Shown here piece by piece: positions 41,276 to 51,388 of a DNA stretch of 64,000 nucleotides (the stretch's first letter is position 1; the number at the start of each line of letters is the position of its first letter). Source of the stretch: a virus (taxonomy: Duplodnaviria; Caudoviricetes); IMG/VR virus record IMGVR_UViG_3300028832_000097, positions 1-64,000 of that record. One strand, given 5' to 3'. The notes under the pieces were generated by a model that was not told the origin of the DNA, searched no databases, and saw only the letters and a program-made list of their open reading frames with translations. Position numbers and translations under genes: made by a program.

Positions 41276-41341
41276 CCTGTGTAGCAATAAATCAGTTTAC
41301 ACGCTATTCAAGTTTAAGATACGTTTAATTATTTATTAGCA

Positions 41342-41791
41342 TCAATAACCGGAGTAAGGCAACTGCTTTTGCAAGTATTGCTCTAGTACCTGCTTCGCCT
41401 TCTGAAGGTCAGCATAATCGCGGATGATGATTTTGTATGTGCCCCATTGAGAATTTTGATAGTTACGAACTTCATCAAGCCCGAAATCATAAAATGCATC
41501 TAGTAATTGTGCATTATCCTTGCTGTCCAGAATTTCCAATACACAAGGATATTTATCAGCAGCCGAAGAACTATACAAGCCGCCCGGCACCCATCCAGAA
41601 GTATCTCGTCTACCTACGCATATGGAAAGTCCATGACCATAATCACGAGGAAATGAAAATACATATTGTTTTGATCCGGAAAGATAATCTTTCTTGAGAT
41701 TATATTCCGAAAATACACGAGTAACTGCATCGCAGATCTCGTCTTTGGTTGAAAATCCATCTGAACTGTTGGCACGAATATATCTTTTCAT
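41342..41791 (-). CDS. leader-family protein (MKRYIRAN)
   Basis: Leader. Confidence 0.7.
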   Translation of the reverse strand: MKRYIRANSSDGFSTKDEICDAVTRVFSEYNLKKDYLSGSKQYVFSFPRDYGHGLSICVGRRDTSGWVPGGLYSSSAADKYPCVLEILDSKDNAQLLDAFYDFGLDEVRNYQNSQWGTYKIIIRDYADLQKAKQVLEQYLQKQLPYSGY

Positions 41792-41917
41792 AATCTATTT
41801 CTCATCTTATGCTCATTCTATTTTTGATAAGCTTTTACATGCATCTTCATCTTAGATTATCGTACTAGATTATAGTATAAATTATTTAGTATTATCTAAA
41901 TATCTTATATAATCTAT

Positions 41918-43171
41918 TTATGAGAATGAAATTCTCAATGGGCTAACGACATGCCCTCTATCCCATTGCTCGAAAGCGTTTGGGACTACTTTTTTCATTA
42001 TTTGATATGCACCGTTGATATCTGCATTGATTAGCAGCCCTTCATTTGATTTGAATAATCCTCTGTGAACCCTTCTAGATTTGTTATAGTAATCTTTGTT
42101 AGGTTCTTCACCATCTAAAAAGCTAGTTCCGCTAGTGTATGATTCTTCTGTACAGATTGTATCAATTCCATTAACTTGACCTTTATATTTCACCATATCA
42201 ATAAATCTAGTATGTGGAATATAGACGAAATTCTGATTAGTTCTACTTCCCAGATTGATAGAGCCTTTCCAGCTATCATTCTTACCGATAATTATTGTAT
42301 TGATATCATTCTGAACGCAATATTCAATCAAGTATTTAGAAGCACAATGTAAGTAATCTTCAATCTTCCGACGTCGCTTTTCAGTTAATCTATCAAGACG
42401 ATGTGTCCAATCTAAGTTATGACGGATCTTTGCTTCTGACCTCAATTCTGACTGCTTCTTGTTATAATATTGATTTATAGATTTTAGACTCTTGCCATTG
42501 ATAACAAACGGGTGCAAACTTTGATCGTTTGTCACGCAAGCTGCTAGATTATCTAAACCTAAGTCAATACTTAAATATCTAGAATTGTCAGGCTTGGTAT
42601 CAGGAACCTCAACAGTGTATGCTATAAATATTTCAATTTGATACTTCTTAGAAATTATTTTAATCTCGTTGACTCGCTGAAATCCTTCTTTGTGGAAACA
42701 AGCAGTATAGATTTTCAATCCATTGAATTTCTTCGGCAGCTTGAAAGAACCGTCGGGTAATAGGTATGCGCTATAATCTCTGCCATTAGGACCAGTTGTA
42801 ATTGTAAATGGATATCTACCGTCTTTTTTCAGATACTTTGGTATTTTAGGCTCTCCTGGATATTTATCTGGATTCTGTTTCCAATTTTTATGAGCTGCAA
42901 AGTAAGCTTTCCAAGTACTGGATACTTGCCTTAAAACTTGTTGAGCAGAAGCCATATCTAACATGTTCCGATAATCTCGATATTCTGTATCATCTCGAAG
43001 AATGGATTCAAAATTTGATGCAAACTGAAAATTTTCATTAAACAGTGAGTGCCTTGTGAGATAAAGAGATTTGTTATATAGATTTTTAGCTCTAAAGCAC
43101 AGATCGTCTAATTGTTCAAATCGTGGATCAGATTTAGTTACTATTTGTCTTTCAGTCAACTTAGTCTTCAC
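41918..43171 (-). CDS. tnpB: IS607-type TnpB RNA-guided endonuclease
   Basis: AKNLYN, RuvC-I SIDLGLDN, IIIGKN, TEESYTS and RuvC-III NADINGA; AAAGGAGG RBS. Confidence 0.92.
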   Translation of the reverse strand: MKTKLTERQIVTKSDPRFEQLDDLCFRAKNLYNKSLYLTRHSLFNENFQFASNFESILRDDTEYRDYRNMLDMASAQQVLRQVSSTWKAYFAAHKNWKQNPDKYPGEPKIPKYLKKDGRYPFTITTGPNGRDYSAYLLPDGSFKLPKKFNGLKIYTACFHKEGFQRVNEIKIISKKYQIEIFIAYTVEVPDTKPDNSRYLSIDLGLDNLAACVTNDQSLHPFVINGKSLKSINQYYNKKQSELRSEAKIRHNLDWTHRLDRLTEKRRRKIEDYLHCASKYLIEYCVQNDINTIIIGKNDSWKGSINLGSRTNQNFVYIPHTRFIDMVKYKGQVNGIDTICTEESYTSGTSFLDGEEPNKDYYNKSRRVHRGLFKSNEGLLINADINGAYQIMKKVVPNAFEQWDRGHVVSPLRISFS

Positions 43172-43222
43172 GGTTTCACCTCCTTTCTATATAATTTCAT
43201 GAAGTTGATCCTATTAATTAAT

Positions 43223-43669
43223 TTAATTATTTTCTTCTATCAATTCCTTTATTTTCTTTCTAGTATTCCGCTTAGAATATAATTTCATTGAGTAGCAGTG
43301 TAGCAAGCTAATAATTTCTTCAAAGATTTCCTCACTGTCTAGCTTTGGAGATCCTACTTCGCTCATAACTTCTATTTCACAGTTGTATTTCTTAAAAAGG
43401 TGATAGAATAGATCAAATCCTACTCTAGATAATCTATCTTTGTAGGAAATAACAACTCGTTCAACTCTCCCTTCGATAACATCGTCAAGCATTTCAAAGA
43501 ATTGTGTTCGTTTCTCAAAACTTATTCCGCTTGCAATGTCTGAATAGATAGCTGATATGGAATATCCTTGATTAAAGCACCATTGCCTCAACATCTCTAT
43601 TTGATTTTCGAGATCTTTCTTTTGAGTAGATGCAGAAACTCTAGCATAAATATAAGTCTTGCGCTTCAC
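43223..43669 (-). CDS. tnpA: IS607 serine recombinase TnpA lacking its N-terminal HTH
   Basis: YARVS..Q..DL.NQ, DIASG and DRLSR.GF. The in-frame upstream remnant DVYKIAYGNV runs into a stop inside the previous gene. Confidence 0.85.
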   Translation of the reverse strand: MKRKTYIYARVSASTQKKDLENQIEMLRQWCFNQGYSISAIYSDIASGISFEKRTQFFEMLDDVIEGRVERVVISYKDRLSRVGFDLFYHLFKKYNCEIEVMSEVGSPKLDSEEIFEEIISLLHCYSMKLYSKRNTRKKIKELIEENN

Positions 43670-43694
43670 ATTTCCGTAAGCTATCTTATATACA

Positions 43695-43916
43695 TCAGAA
43701 TTTGTTTATATATTTTTCGTAGATTGCATCAAACCCGCCTTCCCATCGCTCTATCCACTTAACGCATTCTTGCCGACTAGAAAATCCAGAATCGTATCCA
43801 TGTTCATATAAGTAATCTGATACTTCCTTAGCTTGTTCAGTATTTAATTCAGAATTCTGCGAAATGAATCTAGGGCTAAAGATTCCATTCCAAGACGCTT
43901 TTATATATCTCTTCAT
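43695..43916 (-). CDS. leader-family protein (MKRYIKAS)
   Basis: Start moved to the leader Met (AGGAGG RBS). Confidence 0.7.
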   Translation of the reverse strand: MKRYIKASWNGIFSPRFISQNSELNTEQAKEVSDYLYEHGYDSGFSSRQECVKWIERWEGGFDAIYEKYINKF

Positions 43917-43936
43917 AATGGGTTTCCTCCTGTTAT

Positions 43937-44260
43937 TTACCAAGTAGCTGTCATAACTAATCTATTTCTTAGATATGCAGGTCTACCCTTGTATTTTATC
44001 ATACTCCTAGTGTTGAATTCACCCTTAGTCAGGTACTGAACATCTCGCTTTTCAAATGATATATCAAAACCATTATCAGCAAACCACTTACCTAACATTC
44101 CGTCGTCCATAACAAATTCTACAGTAGAATCTGGGCCGAACGGAATTACAATTCGATGATTAGCTAAATCAACTGTGCTTCCTTTGAAGCCCTCGGCAAA
44201 CTCAACCGCTTGGTCTAATGTTGATTTTGGTATTTCTGTGCATCTAATGTATCGTTTCAT
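43937..44260 (-). CDS. leader-family protein (MKRYIRCT)
   Basis: Leader; GAGG RBS. Confidence 0.7.
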   Translation of the reverse strand: MKRYIRCTEIPKSTLDQAVEFAEGFKGSTVDLANHRIVIPFGPDSTVEFVMDDGMLGKWFADNGFDISFEKRDVQYLTKGEFNTRSMIKYKGRPAYLRNRLVMTATW

Positions 44261-44287
44261 TAAAAGGTACCTCTCATGTTTATCAAA

Positions 44288-44689
44288 TTACTCATCATAA
44301 CGACGTGTATAATAATGCAGACGTTTCTGCAGATTTCGCATACAATTCTTTGTGCGCCATTCTGATTCGGTCCACTCGATAGTTGAACTAGTTTCACCAA
44401 TGACTGTAAATTCAAATCGAATGACTATCACATATTCACCCCAAACCATGTGTTTAGGGAATACTTCAATTTCGTCAATCTCTACATTAGGGTATTTATT
44501 AGCAAAAGCAACAAGTTTTGGCTCTACTTCTGCTAGTAATTCAGCACATTCATTATCCATCAAAGATTGACGTTTCTCAGCTGCGTTGCGACGATTACTA
44601 GCAATATCATCAGAAATTGGATATTCATACACAATCTCATTGGACTTACTTAAAAAATTTGTTGTTGTAGATTTAATGTATCGTTTCAT
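44288..44689 (-). CDS. leader-family protein (MKRYIKST)
   Basis: Leader. Confidence 0.7.
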   Translation of the reverse strand: MKRYIKSTTTNFLSKSNEIVYEYPISDDIASNRRNAAEKRQSLMDNECAELLAEVEPKLVAFANKYPNVEIDEIEVFPKHMVWGEYVIVIRFEFTVIGETSSTIEWTESEWRTKNCMRNLQKRLHYYTRRYDE

Positions 44690-44708
44690 TGAGAGTGTCT
44701 CTTAGTTG

Positions 44709-44927
44709 TCAGAACTGACATTCAATTGTATTGTTATCAACTGTGGTCTTAGATTGCCATTTGCACCCAGGGAAAGTTTCGTTGAATTCTTCTGTTGTAA
44801 GATCTGGAAAATATCCAGAGAATTCTGAATTAATGATGTCGATGATATCATCTGCAGAAAGATGTTCAGAAATCATGTAACCTACTACTCTATTACGATT
44901 AGTAGCGAAAATTGGAACTATAGTCAT
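44709..44927 (-). CDS. small protein with a variant leader (MTIVPIFAT)
   Basis: AAGGAG RBS; IFA-T motif. Confidence 0.55.
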   Translation of the reverse strand: MTIVPIFATNRNRVVGYMISEHLSADDIIDIINSEFSGYFPDLTTEEFNETFPGCKWQSKTTVDNNTIECQF

Positions 44928-44940
44928 GAATTATATCTCC

Positions 44941-44964
44941 TTATGTTTTTATGTATCGTTTCAT
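44941..44964 (-). pseudogene. leader-only mini-ORF MKRYIKT*
   Basis: ATG AAA CGA TAC ATA AAA ACA TAA between two genes, preceded by GGTG. Confidence 0.6.
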
Positions 44965-44969
44965 GTTAA

Positions 44970-45875
44970 TCACCAATCATATTCAGTTTCAAGTATCTTA
45001 CGCATACTTGTAATTTCACGACGAATACTACGAAGTTGTTTGAATGCTTCTCGTGTAGCATAAGAATTAAGTCCCATATCTTCTCCATATTTTTCTATAC
45101 TCTGCTTGACAGATTCGAGGCTATGAAGAGCAATCCTATAATCACGAACTGAATTTCCAAAACGATGCATTAGATTTTCATATGCGGTGCTAGAATAATC
45201 AAGATTACCTTCACGGTCCTTACCAAACGTGAATGAATCTACGTTGAATAGATCATCTTTCAGAGCTGCAAGGTCATCATGAACTTCTTGAGCTGTTTCA
45301 GCAAGTTTGTCTAACCCCTCCTTAGAGCTATAGAATTTTAACAGTCTTTCATCAGGATTAGGGATTATGTAGCCTGACTTATCACGTTTATCACTACCAT
45401 ATCTACCGCGAGAAGTTGTTCTACCTTGTGCGGACCAACCGCCTGCATCCCAACTAGACGCGTCTTTGTAGTATTGACCAGCATACTTGCCATATTGATC
45501 ATATCTAGGATCTTGATAGCGCTCCTTACTAGGCTTGGCGTTATCTGCGATATTTACATAGACAATGTCTGCAATAGGCAGATTTTTCTTTGCAATATAC
45601 TTTACTGCCTTATATCCACCATCATAAGGATCTGTGAAATACTCGTTGTCGTTGTATAGTCCTGGAATCCAAACTGTAGGCCATGTGCGAGATGCACCCT
45701 GTTTCTGCAATAAGTAGACTGTATACTGCTCGCCACTTTTTCCTGTTTTTGATGTGCTGAATGTAGCATTCTTCAAATCAATTCCAGCCCTAGCAAGTGC
45801 TCTGAGCGCATTCTTATCATTTTGCAGCCAACTAGGTATCCAGTTATCAAATGATGCTCTAATGTACCTTTTCAT
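44970..45875 (-). CDS. leader-family protein (MKRYIRAS)
   Basis: 301 aa; AAGGAG RBS; AACCTT motif upstream. Confidence 0.75.
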   Translation of the reverse strand: MKRYIRASFDNWIPSWLQNDKNALRALARAGIDLKNATFSTSKTGKSGEQYTVYLLQKQGASRTWPTVWIPGLYNDNEYFTDPYDGGYKAVKYIAKKNLPIADIVYVNIADNAKPSKERYQDPRYDQYGKYAGQYYKDASSWDAGGWSAQGRTTSRGRYGSDKRDKSGYIIPNPDERLLKFYSSKEGLDKLAETAQEVHDDLAALKDDLFNVDSFTFGKDREGNLDYSSTAYENLMHRFGNSVRDYRIALHSLESVKQSIEKYGEDMGLNSYATREAFKQLRSIRREITSMRKILETEYDW

Positions 45876-45957
45876 ACGATTTCTCCTTTATGTGGGTATA
45901 GTTACTTCAACTAATTACTCAATTGTGTAGTATCATAACATATGAAAGGTTAAAGCA

Positions 45958-46269
45958 TCAACAATCTATTGATGATTTTATTTTATTATACAGTGGTAGA
46001 ATACTTTCAGGAATATCTCTAGCAATTTGTTTAATGTTAATATCATAATATACCTGTAACGCCGTGATACTTAACGATAACTCCTCGATTGTAGGTATCT
46101 TAATAGTTTCCCCACCCGCATACTTGCACAGGGTTATCAGGCTATCTGCGCCAATTATAGAAAATAATTCAGGTAACCATGCATATTCAGGAACTTCATG
46201 CAAGACAGGCATCAGTTCAAGTAAATATGCAAAATCAACTTCTTCAGATTTACTTAAGTTATTCTTCAT
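45958..46269 (-). CDS. Mor/C-family-like transcription activator
   Basis: IIG..SLITLCKYAGGETIKIP resembles the Mor-family G....L...FGG..IYIP signature. Confidence 0.45.
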   Translation of the reverse strand: MKNNLSKSEEVDFAYLLELMPVLHEVPEYAWLPELFSIIGADSLITLCKYAGGETIKIPTIEELSLSITALQVYYDINIKQIARDIPESILPLYNKIKSSIDC

Positions 46270-46733
46270 ACATTTTCGTGTATTCATCAAGAAATCTAGG
46301 GATATCTTGATTAGCAAGTTGCTGAAATACTACACTTAGGTCAGAAGCAGGTAAATTAATATTCTCCATTGCAGTATTGAGCAACTGAGTTTGTAAATAC
46401 AGCTTGATCTGATTGATATCTGATTTTGTCATAGATTCCTCCGAGTATATTCGTCAAGTTCATTCCCTAATACGTTAGGATGATATTTTTCGTATCGCAA
46501 TGTAGGTTCAAAATCTGAATGAACCTCCTTCTGGCACTGAGATATAAGAAATTTAAGTAATTGCAAAAATCGTTTCATTTAGGTTCTGCCCTCTTTGCTG
46601 CTGTACCTTCAGTATGTATGCTACTATATAGTTCATTACGCCAGCAGTTAAATCTATGCACATCTTCTTTGTTAGATTTATCTAAATTAGCAAGTGCTTC
46701 TCTAACAGCTTTCAAATATTCCGCGTGTGTCAT

Positions 46734-48527
46734 TTAATTCTCCTTAGAAATATTTACTACGTTTACAGAATCTATGTAATCAGGTAATGCAACCACACCT
46801 GCAATGATCAGTTGAACATCCGATACGTTGCTAAGTCGTTCAAACAAACTACACAGATTAGTAGGATCTAGATGATCAAACAAATCATCTACCACAAGCA
46901 ATTTAAGATTAGAAGAGGACTGCTTGACTAATGCAACTAATAAAGCTAGAGTATATATACATTTTTCTCCGCTAGACAATAGATCAAAAGTTATGTATTT
47001 GTTGTTTCGCACAAGCCCAAAACTAAATGTGTTTGTCTTACCCTGTGAATTGAACTGTATCTTTGCATCAGAAAATACTTGGGGTAAGTAGTCTGTAATA
47101 GATTTTGAAAATTCTACAAATGGATCGTCTCCGGAAGTTGCTTGCAACCCATTGATGCCGGTAAGTGCATCCCACTTTTTCAAAATATCAACACTCTGAT
47201 CTATCATTGATTTTTCTTGAGTAAGTGTATCGATCATTGTTTGATACTTCTGGTTAGCTTCTAGCTTGATTAATGAATCATGTAACTGATCTAATTTGCT
47301 GTTTATATCTTCCATAGTACAAAGATCATTCGGTATCTCTGGAAGCGGAAGTATAGCTGCATTTAATACTGCTATCTTATGATTTGTTAGCTCTGAATCC
47401 TGAAGCTGTTGTTTTTTAACAGATAATTTAGTTTTTATAGATGAAAGCTCTTCTTGAAGTTTAAGTACTTGTGTTTTATATTCAGACAGCTTTGCAGTAT
47501 CTTGTATAACTTGATTTCGATAAGATGCGACTAACACAGATATTTCATTGCAATGACTTGCAGTATAAGGGCATACACCTCCACCGTTTATAACTTTTGT
47601 TTTCATAGAAATTTCAGACTCTAGCCCAGCAATACTTGGATTGAGTTTAAGTATCTTAGCGGATACTGCGTCAAAATCAATCTGTAAAGTTTCAATGTTG
47701 CTTCGTAACTCATCTATATCAACATCATTATGTAAATTGTTTATTTGCATTCTAACTGTATCATTCTTAGAACGCACTGTATTGTAGTCAATTAGCAACT
47801 GCTTCTGAGCTTCATACTTACTGATTTCAGATTTGATAGCATCAACTGACATAGTAGATGAAAAATCATCGTAGTATACTAAAGATTGCATGGTGTTTTG
47901 CAATCTTTGTGCAGACTGCTTCTTAAATGATAACATAGATTTGATATATTCATTGGCCTTCCTCAATTCTTCAATTCCAGATAGACCGAATGATTTTATT
48001 TCAGAAACAGTAGTAGGCAGTAATTCTGTATCCAGTATATTAGCTACACCGCTATTATTAGACAGAACAGTCTCCCAATCAGTTTCAAAAGATGTGCTAG
48101 GTAAGAAGTTTAAGAACCAATCTTTCAAACTATTAGAAGTCATGTTTATGAAATCACTGAAATTAAATACAGGTAATTCAATATCTGATATTATATCGTC
48201 AATTGTGTAGTTATCTGGGTCTATCGTGAACGTATTAACATATTTGACACCACATCGAGATAATGACCTAAACAATCGAATTTCACCACTATCTGACTCA
48301 ATATGCAATTCAACATTCATAGAATTCTTACTAGAATGTCTAAACAATGCTTCGTAACTATTTTTCTTTGTGCCGGGTACATATCCAAATAGCCCGTACT
48401 CTATAGCATTTAATATAGTTGATTTACCAGCACCATTAGGCCCTGTGATGTAATTTATGTTGTCGAATTCATATGTTTTGCTATCAACATTGTGAAATCC
48501 AGAAATGGTTATTGATTTAAGTTTCAT
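46734..48527 (-). CDS. SMC/Rad50 (SbcC-like) ATPase
   Basis: Walker A GPNGAGKST, coiled coil with a central CPYT..C hook, signature LSSGE, Walker B/D-loop VVDDLFDHLD. Confidence 0.88.
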   Translation of the reverse strand: MKLKSITISGFHNVDSKTYEFDNINYITGPNGAGKSTILNAIEYGLFGYVPGTKKNSYEALFRHSSKNSMNVELHIESDSGEIRLFRSLSRCGVKYVNTFTIDPDNYTIDDIISDIELPVFNFSDFINMTSNSLKDWFLNFLPSTSFETDWETVLSNNSGVANILDTELLPTTVSEIKSFGLSGIEELRKANEYIKSMLSFKKQSAQRLQNTMQSLVYYDDFSSTMSVDAIKSEISKYEAQKQLLIDYNTVRSKNDTVRMQINNLHNDVDIDELRSNIETLQIDFDAVSAKILKLNPSIAGLESEISMKTKVINGGGVCPYTASHCNEISVLVASYRNQVIQDTAKLSEYKTQVLKLQEELSSIKTKLSVKKQQLQDSELTNHKIAVLNAAILPLPEIPNDLCTMEDINSKLDQLHDSLIKLEANQKYQTMIDTLTQEKSMIDQSVDILKKWDALTGINGLQATSGDDPFVEFSKSITDYLPQVFSDAKIQFNSQGKTNTFSFGLVRNNKYITFDLLSSGEKCIYTLALLVALVKQSSSNLKLLVVDDLFDHLDPTNLCSLFERLSNVSDVQLIIAGVVALPDYIDSVNVVNISKEN

Positions 48528-48569
48528 ATTTACCGCGCCTTTCAATATTATATGTTGAAGTATAACGAT

Positions 48570-48971
48570 TCAACGTACTCTTGTCCATCTCCTTCGTTTT
48601 CCTGAAACAGATAACTGATATTCGTATATCCCAGGCACTAAGAGTCCACTGTGAATAGTAACATTACCTAGTACGTCATAACTATCTAATATTTCTGGAA
48701 AATGATACTTCAATACATGCTCCAATACAGAGGTTTTATTAACATCATGTTTAAGATGTACATTAGGATATACATATATACTTGGATCAAATATTATGTA
48801 TTTGTTGAAGTCCTTTCCTGCAATATCTAAAATATCAAGTTGTCGGGATCTGTCATCGTCAACTCCTATTATACATCGATACGTTACCTTGCGGCAATCG
48901 GCACGACTTGATAAATGCGAAGATAATGCACGCAGAAATTGTTCAGTTAATACAGTCCTATTCATTTCCAT
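48570..48971 (-). CDS. hypothetical protein
   Basis: 133-aa ORF overlapping the end of the helicase gene. Confidence 0.55.
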   Translation of the reverse strand: MEMNRTVLTEQFLRALSSHLSSRADCRKVTYRCIIGVDDDRSRQLDILDIAGKDFNKYIIFDPSIYVYPNVHLKHDVNKTSVLEHVLKYHFPEILDSYDVLGNVTIHSGLLVPGIYEYQLSVSGKRRRWTRVR

Positions 48972-50526
48972 TGCCTTTCAATACACATAGATTATTTTTT
49001 GCTCGAGTGATCCCTACATAATATAAATTGAAATTATCTTCGTTGTCCAATCGAAATGTAGAAGTATGCACTCTATTTAATATAACATTATCATATTCTA
49101 ATCCCTTTGCAGAATGTATAGTACCTACATACAGACCTGCATTAGAATCTTTATATTTAAGTATGATTATGCTTAACGCATATATCACATCATCCTTACA
49201 AGTTATGTCACTACTAACTTCCCATAGAATATCCTTGTCTATGTTGTAAAATTCGGCTAATTGCATCAAATGTATTGCATAACTTGATGTATCTCCTAGT
49301 TGCAGCTTAAGTTGCAATATTTCATCAAAGTACTTATGAACAGATTCATTGTTAAATGATTCAACTAACTGTGTACTTGATAGTTCAGGATTCAAAGAAC
49401 GCTGTCGTATAAACTCTACAAATTCATCTTGTGATAAAAACTTAGAAAGGAATGTAACTGCATACATATCATCCAAACAAGATTCATACACATCTACACT
49501 ATAACATAGCTGTAAGTATTTTTCGTAGTTCATGAAATATTGTGCATACCGAGTACGTATATTATCAACTTCTTTGTTAGTTCTGCACAATACTGCAGTA
49601 ACCCCACCTAATGATAAATAGTCGGAAATATGTTTATCCAATGTGTCAATGGTATCTACGATTACATCGGAACCTTCTCGCTCAGAACGTATTTCTATTC
49701 TATATTGGTTATCTGCATAATGACTCATAGAATTTGCAAACCTACATATTTGTTTTGTTGATCTATAGTTTTGCATGAGGCGTAATGTGGCCCAATTTGG
49801 GTCTGCAGCTAGTTCTTTTATTAATCTAGACGTAGTTCCTCGGAAGGAATAAAGATTCTGTAACGCATCCCCTACTACAAATATACTCGCATCGGGAAAT
49901 GAAGTTACAAATCTCCACTGCACTTCATCACTATCTTGGAATTCATCTACCATTATAACTTTATACGTATATTTATACTGCTGTACTAATGGAGAATCCT
50001 CTACAAATAACTTACAAACATCGTTACATATCTTATCAAATGTTATAGCATTGTTTTTCTGGAGCAATCTATCTAAAAATTTCTGGAATACTGTGTATTC
50101 AAATTTATGATTAGGTGTAGTTAGATTCTCACCATGTAATTGTTTTGCAGATAATTTAACACCACTGTCTAACTTAGCAGTACTGACCAAAAGCTTGTAT
50201 TCAGCATCACTTATTATATGAGGTATGAAATCATAACCTAAACATCTGCGTAACTCTGCATCTTTAACAATCAACGAATAGCAGAATGCATGGAATGTTT
50301 TGAATTCCGGAGAATTTGCACCCTCAAATCTATCTCGCATATTCTGTGCAGCAGCATTTGTGAATGTAAGTACTAGAATAGATTGTGGAGATACGCCGTC
50401 TGCTATTAGTCGGTTTATTCTATGTAACATGGAAAATGTCTTACCAGTACCTGCACCGGCAAGACATACAATATATGGATGATTACATTCAACGACTACT
50501 TCCTGCTCGTAATTTAACTGGCTCAT
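48958..50526 (-). CDS. UvrD/PcrA-like SF1 helicase
   Basis: AGAGTGKT, LTFTNAAA, TFHAF, VDEFQD, GDALQNLYSFRG, QNYRS, TIHSAKGLEY and YVGITRA motifs. Confidence 0.93.
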   Translation of the reverse strand: MSQLNYEQEVVVECNHPYIVCLAGAGTGKTFSMLHRINRLIADGVSPQSILVLTFTNAAAQNMRDRFEGANSPEFKTFHAFCYSLIVKDAELRRCLGYDFIPHIISDAEYKLLVSTAKLDSGVKLSAKQLHGENLTTPNHKFEYTVFQKFLDRLLQKNNAITFDKICNDVCKLFVEDSPLVQQYKYTYKVIMVDEFQDSDEVQWRFVTSFPDASIFVVGDALQNLYSFRGTTSRLIKELAADPNWATLRLMQNYRSTKQICRFANSMSHYADNQYRIEIRSEREGSDVIVDTIDTLDKHISDYLSLGGVTAVLCRTNKEVDNIRTRYAQYFMNYEKYLQLCYSVDVYESCLDDMYAVTFLSKFLSQDEFVEFIRQRSLNPELSSTQLVESFNNESVHKYFDEILQLKLQLGDTSSYAIHLMQLAEFYNIDKDILWEVSSDITCKDDVIYALSIIILKYKDSNAGLYVGTIHSAKGLEYDNVILNRVHTSTFRLDNEDNFNLYYVGITRAKNNLCVLKGNGNE

Positions 50527-50890
50527 ATTTATGTCCTCGGCACACTACATTATAAGTTTGAACACTTTTTTGATATAATTTCTTGTATCCACCATGACAT
50601 ACAACGTCAAAGTAAAGTGCAGAACTGTAATTAGCAAGCATATTTATGTATTCATGGTTCTTGGCTAATATCATACACCCTAGTCCTGCAATATTAGGCA
50701 TGAAATGATAACATGTCCAGGCAATCAAAGTAATTACTGAAGCAACGATGGTTGTGTTAGTAAGTGCTGATACATGCAGCAAATATCCTTGGTCAATGTC
50801 GCTATGTGTCAACATGATAGCTTCAAAACATAACCATACCGCAATGCCTGACCATAAACATGATGTTGCAATAATCAGTTTACGTTTCAT
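50489..50890 (-). CDS. membrane protein
   Basis: Two to three hydrophobic segments; AAGGAGG RBS. Confidence 0.6.
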   Translation of the reverse strand: MKRKLIIATSCLWSGIAVWLCFEAIMLTHSDIDQGYLLHVSALTNTTIVASVITLIAWTCYHFMPNIAGLGCMILAKNHEYINMLANYSSALYFDVVCHGGYKKLYQKSVQTYNVVCRGHKYEPVKLRAGSSR

Positions 50891-50979
50891 ACTCGTACCT
50901 CCTTAAATTAGTTTGTTACACACAATAACGATTCACCGATTATCTCGATGAATCGTCATTGCTAGCAGAAAAAATGATG

Positions 50980-51372
50980 TCAGATTAGCTTAACATCCTG
51001 TATATTCACGTAAGTGTCTACTTCGGCATTAGAAGTATCAATTTCATCGTCATCATAGAACCTAACACCGTATATGCTGTATTCAATAGTAACTTTTAAT
51101 TCTACTAAATAGTCACCTGGAGTAGTAACACCAAATGAAACTACGTCAGCGGCTGCGTTTATGAGCTCTTCTTCAAGTTCATCACTAGAAATGACAAGCA
51201 GAGCATACTCGTTATCATAGATGTCTTCAATACCTTCAGTATCTGTGAATTCAATGTAGTCCGGACCTACATACATAGGCAAAGTCAGTTCCAGTGTTAT
51301 TACATCAGATGTATCTTCAGATACACTATCAGGAACATCCATCCAAGGTTCATGTCTATCATTGTATCCCAT
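50980..51372 (-). CDS. very acidic hypothetical protein
   Basis: Start moved to MGYNDR (GGAGG RBS). Confidence 0.6.
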   Translation of the reverse strand: MGYNDRHEPWMDVPDSVSEDTSDVITLELTLPMYVGPDYIEFTDTEGIEDIYDNEYALLVISSDELEEELINAAADVVSFGVTTPGDYLVELKVTIEYSIYGVRFYDDDEIDTSNAEVDTYVNIQDVKLI

Positions 51373-51388
51373 ATTGTTTAAACCTCCA

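Larger units (their letters stand above)
41850..43695 (-). mobile_element. IS607-family element, left end apparently deleted (boundaries approximate)
   Basis: Serine-recombinase tnpA followed by tnpB, inserted among leader-family genes. Confidence 0.75.

Noticed and set aside
41850-43695. IStron (group I intron fused to IS607)
   Set aside because: No intron core adjoins tnpA; the only intron found is about 24 kb away.
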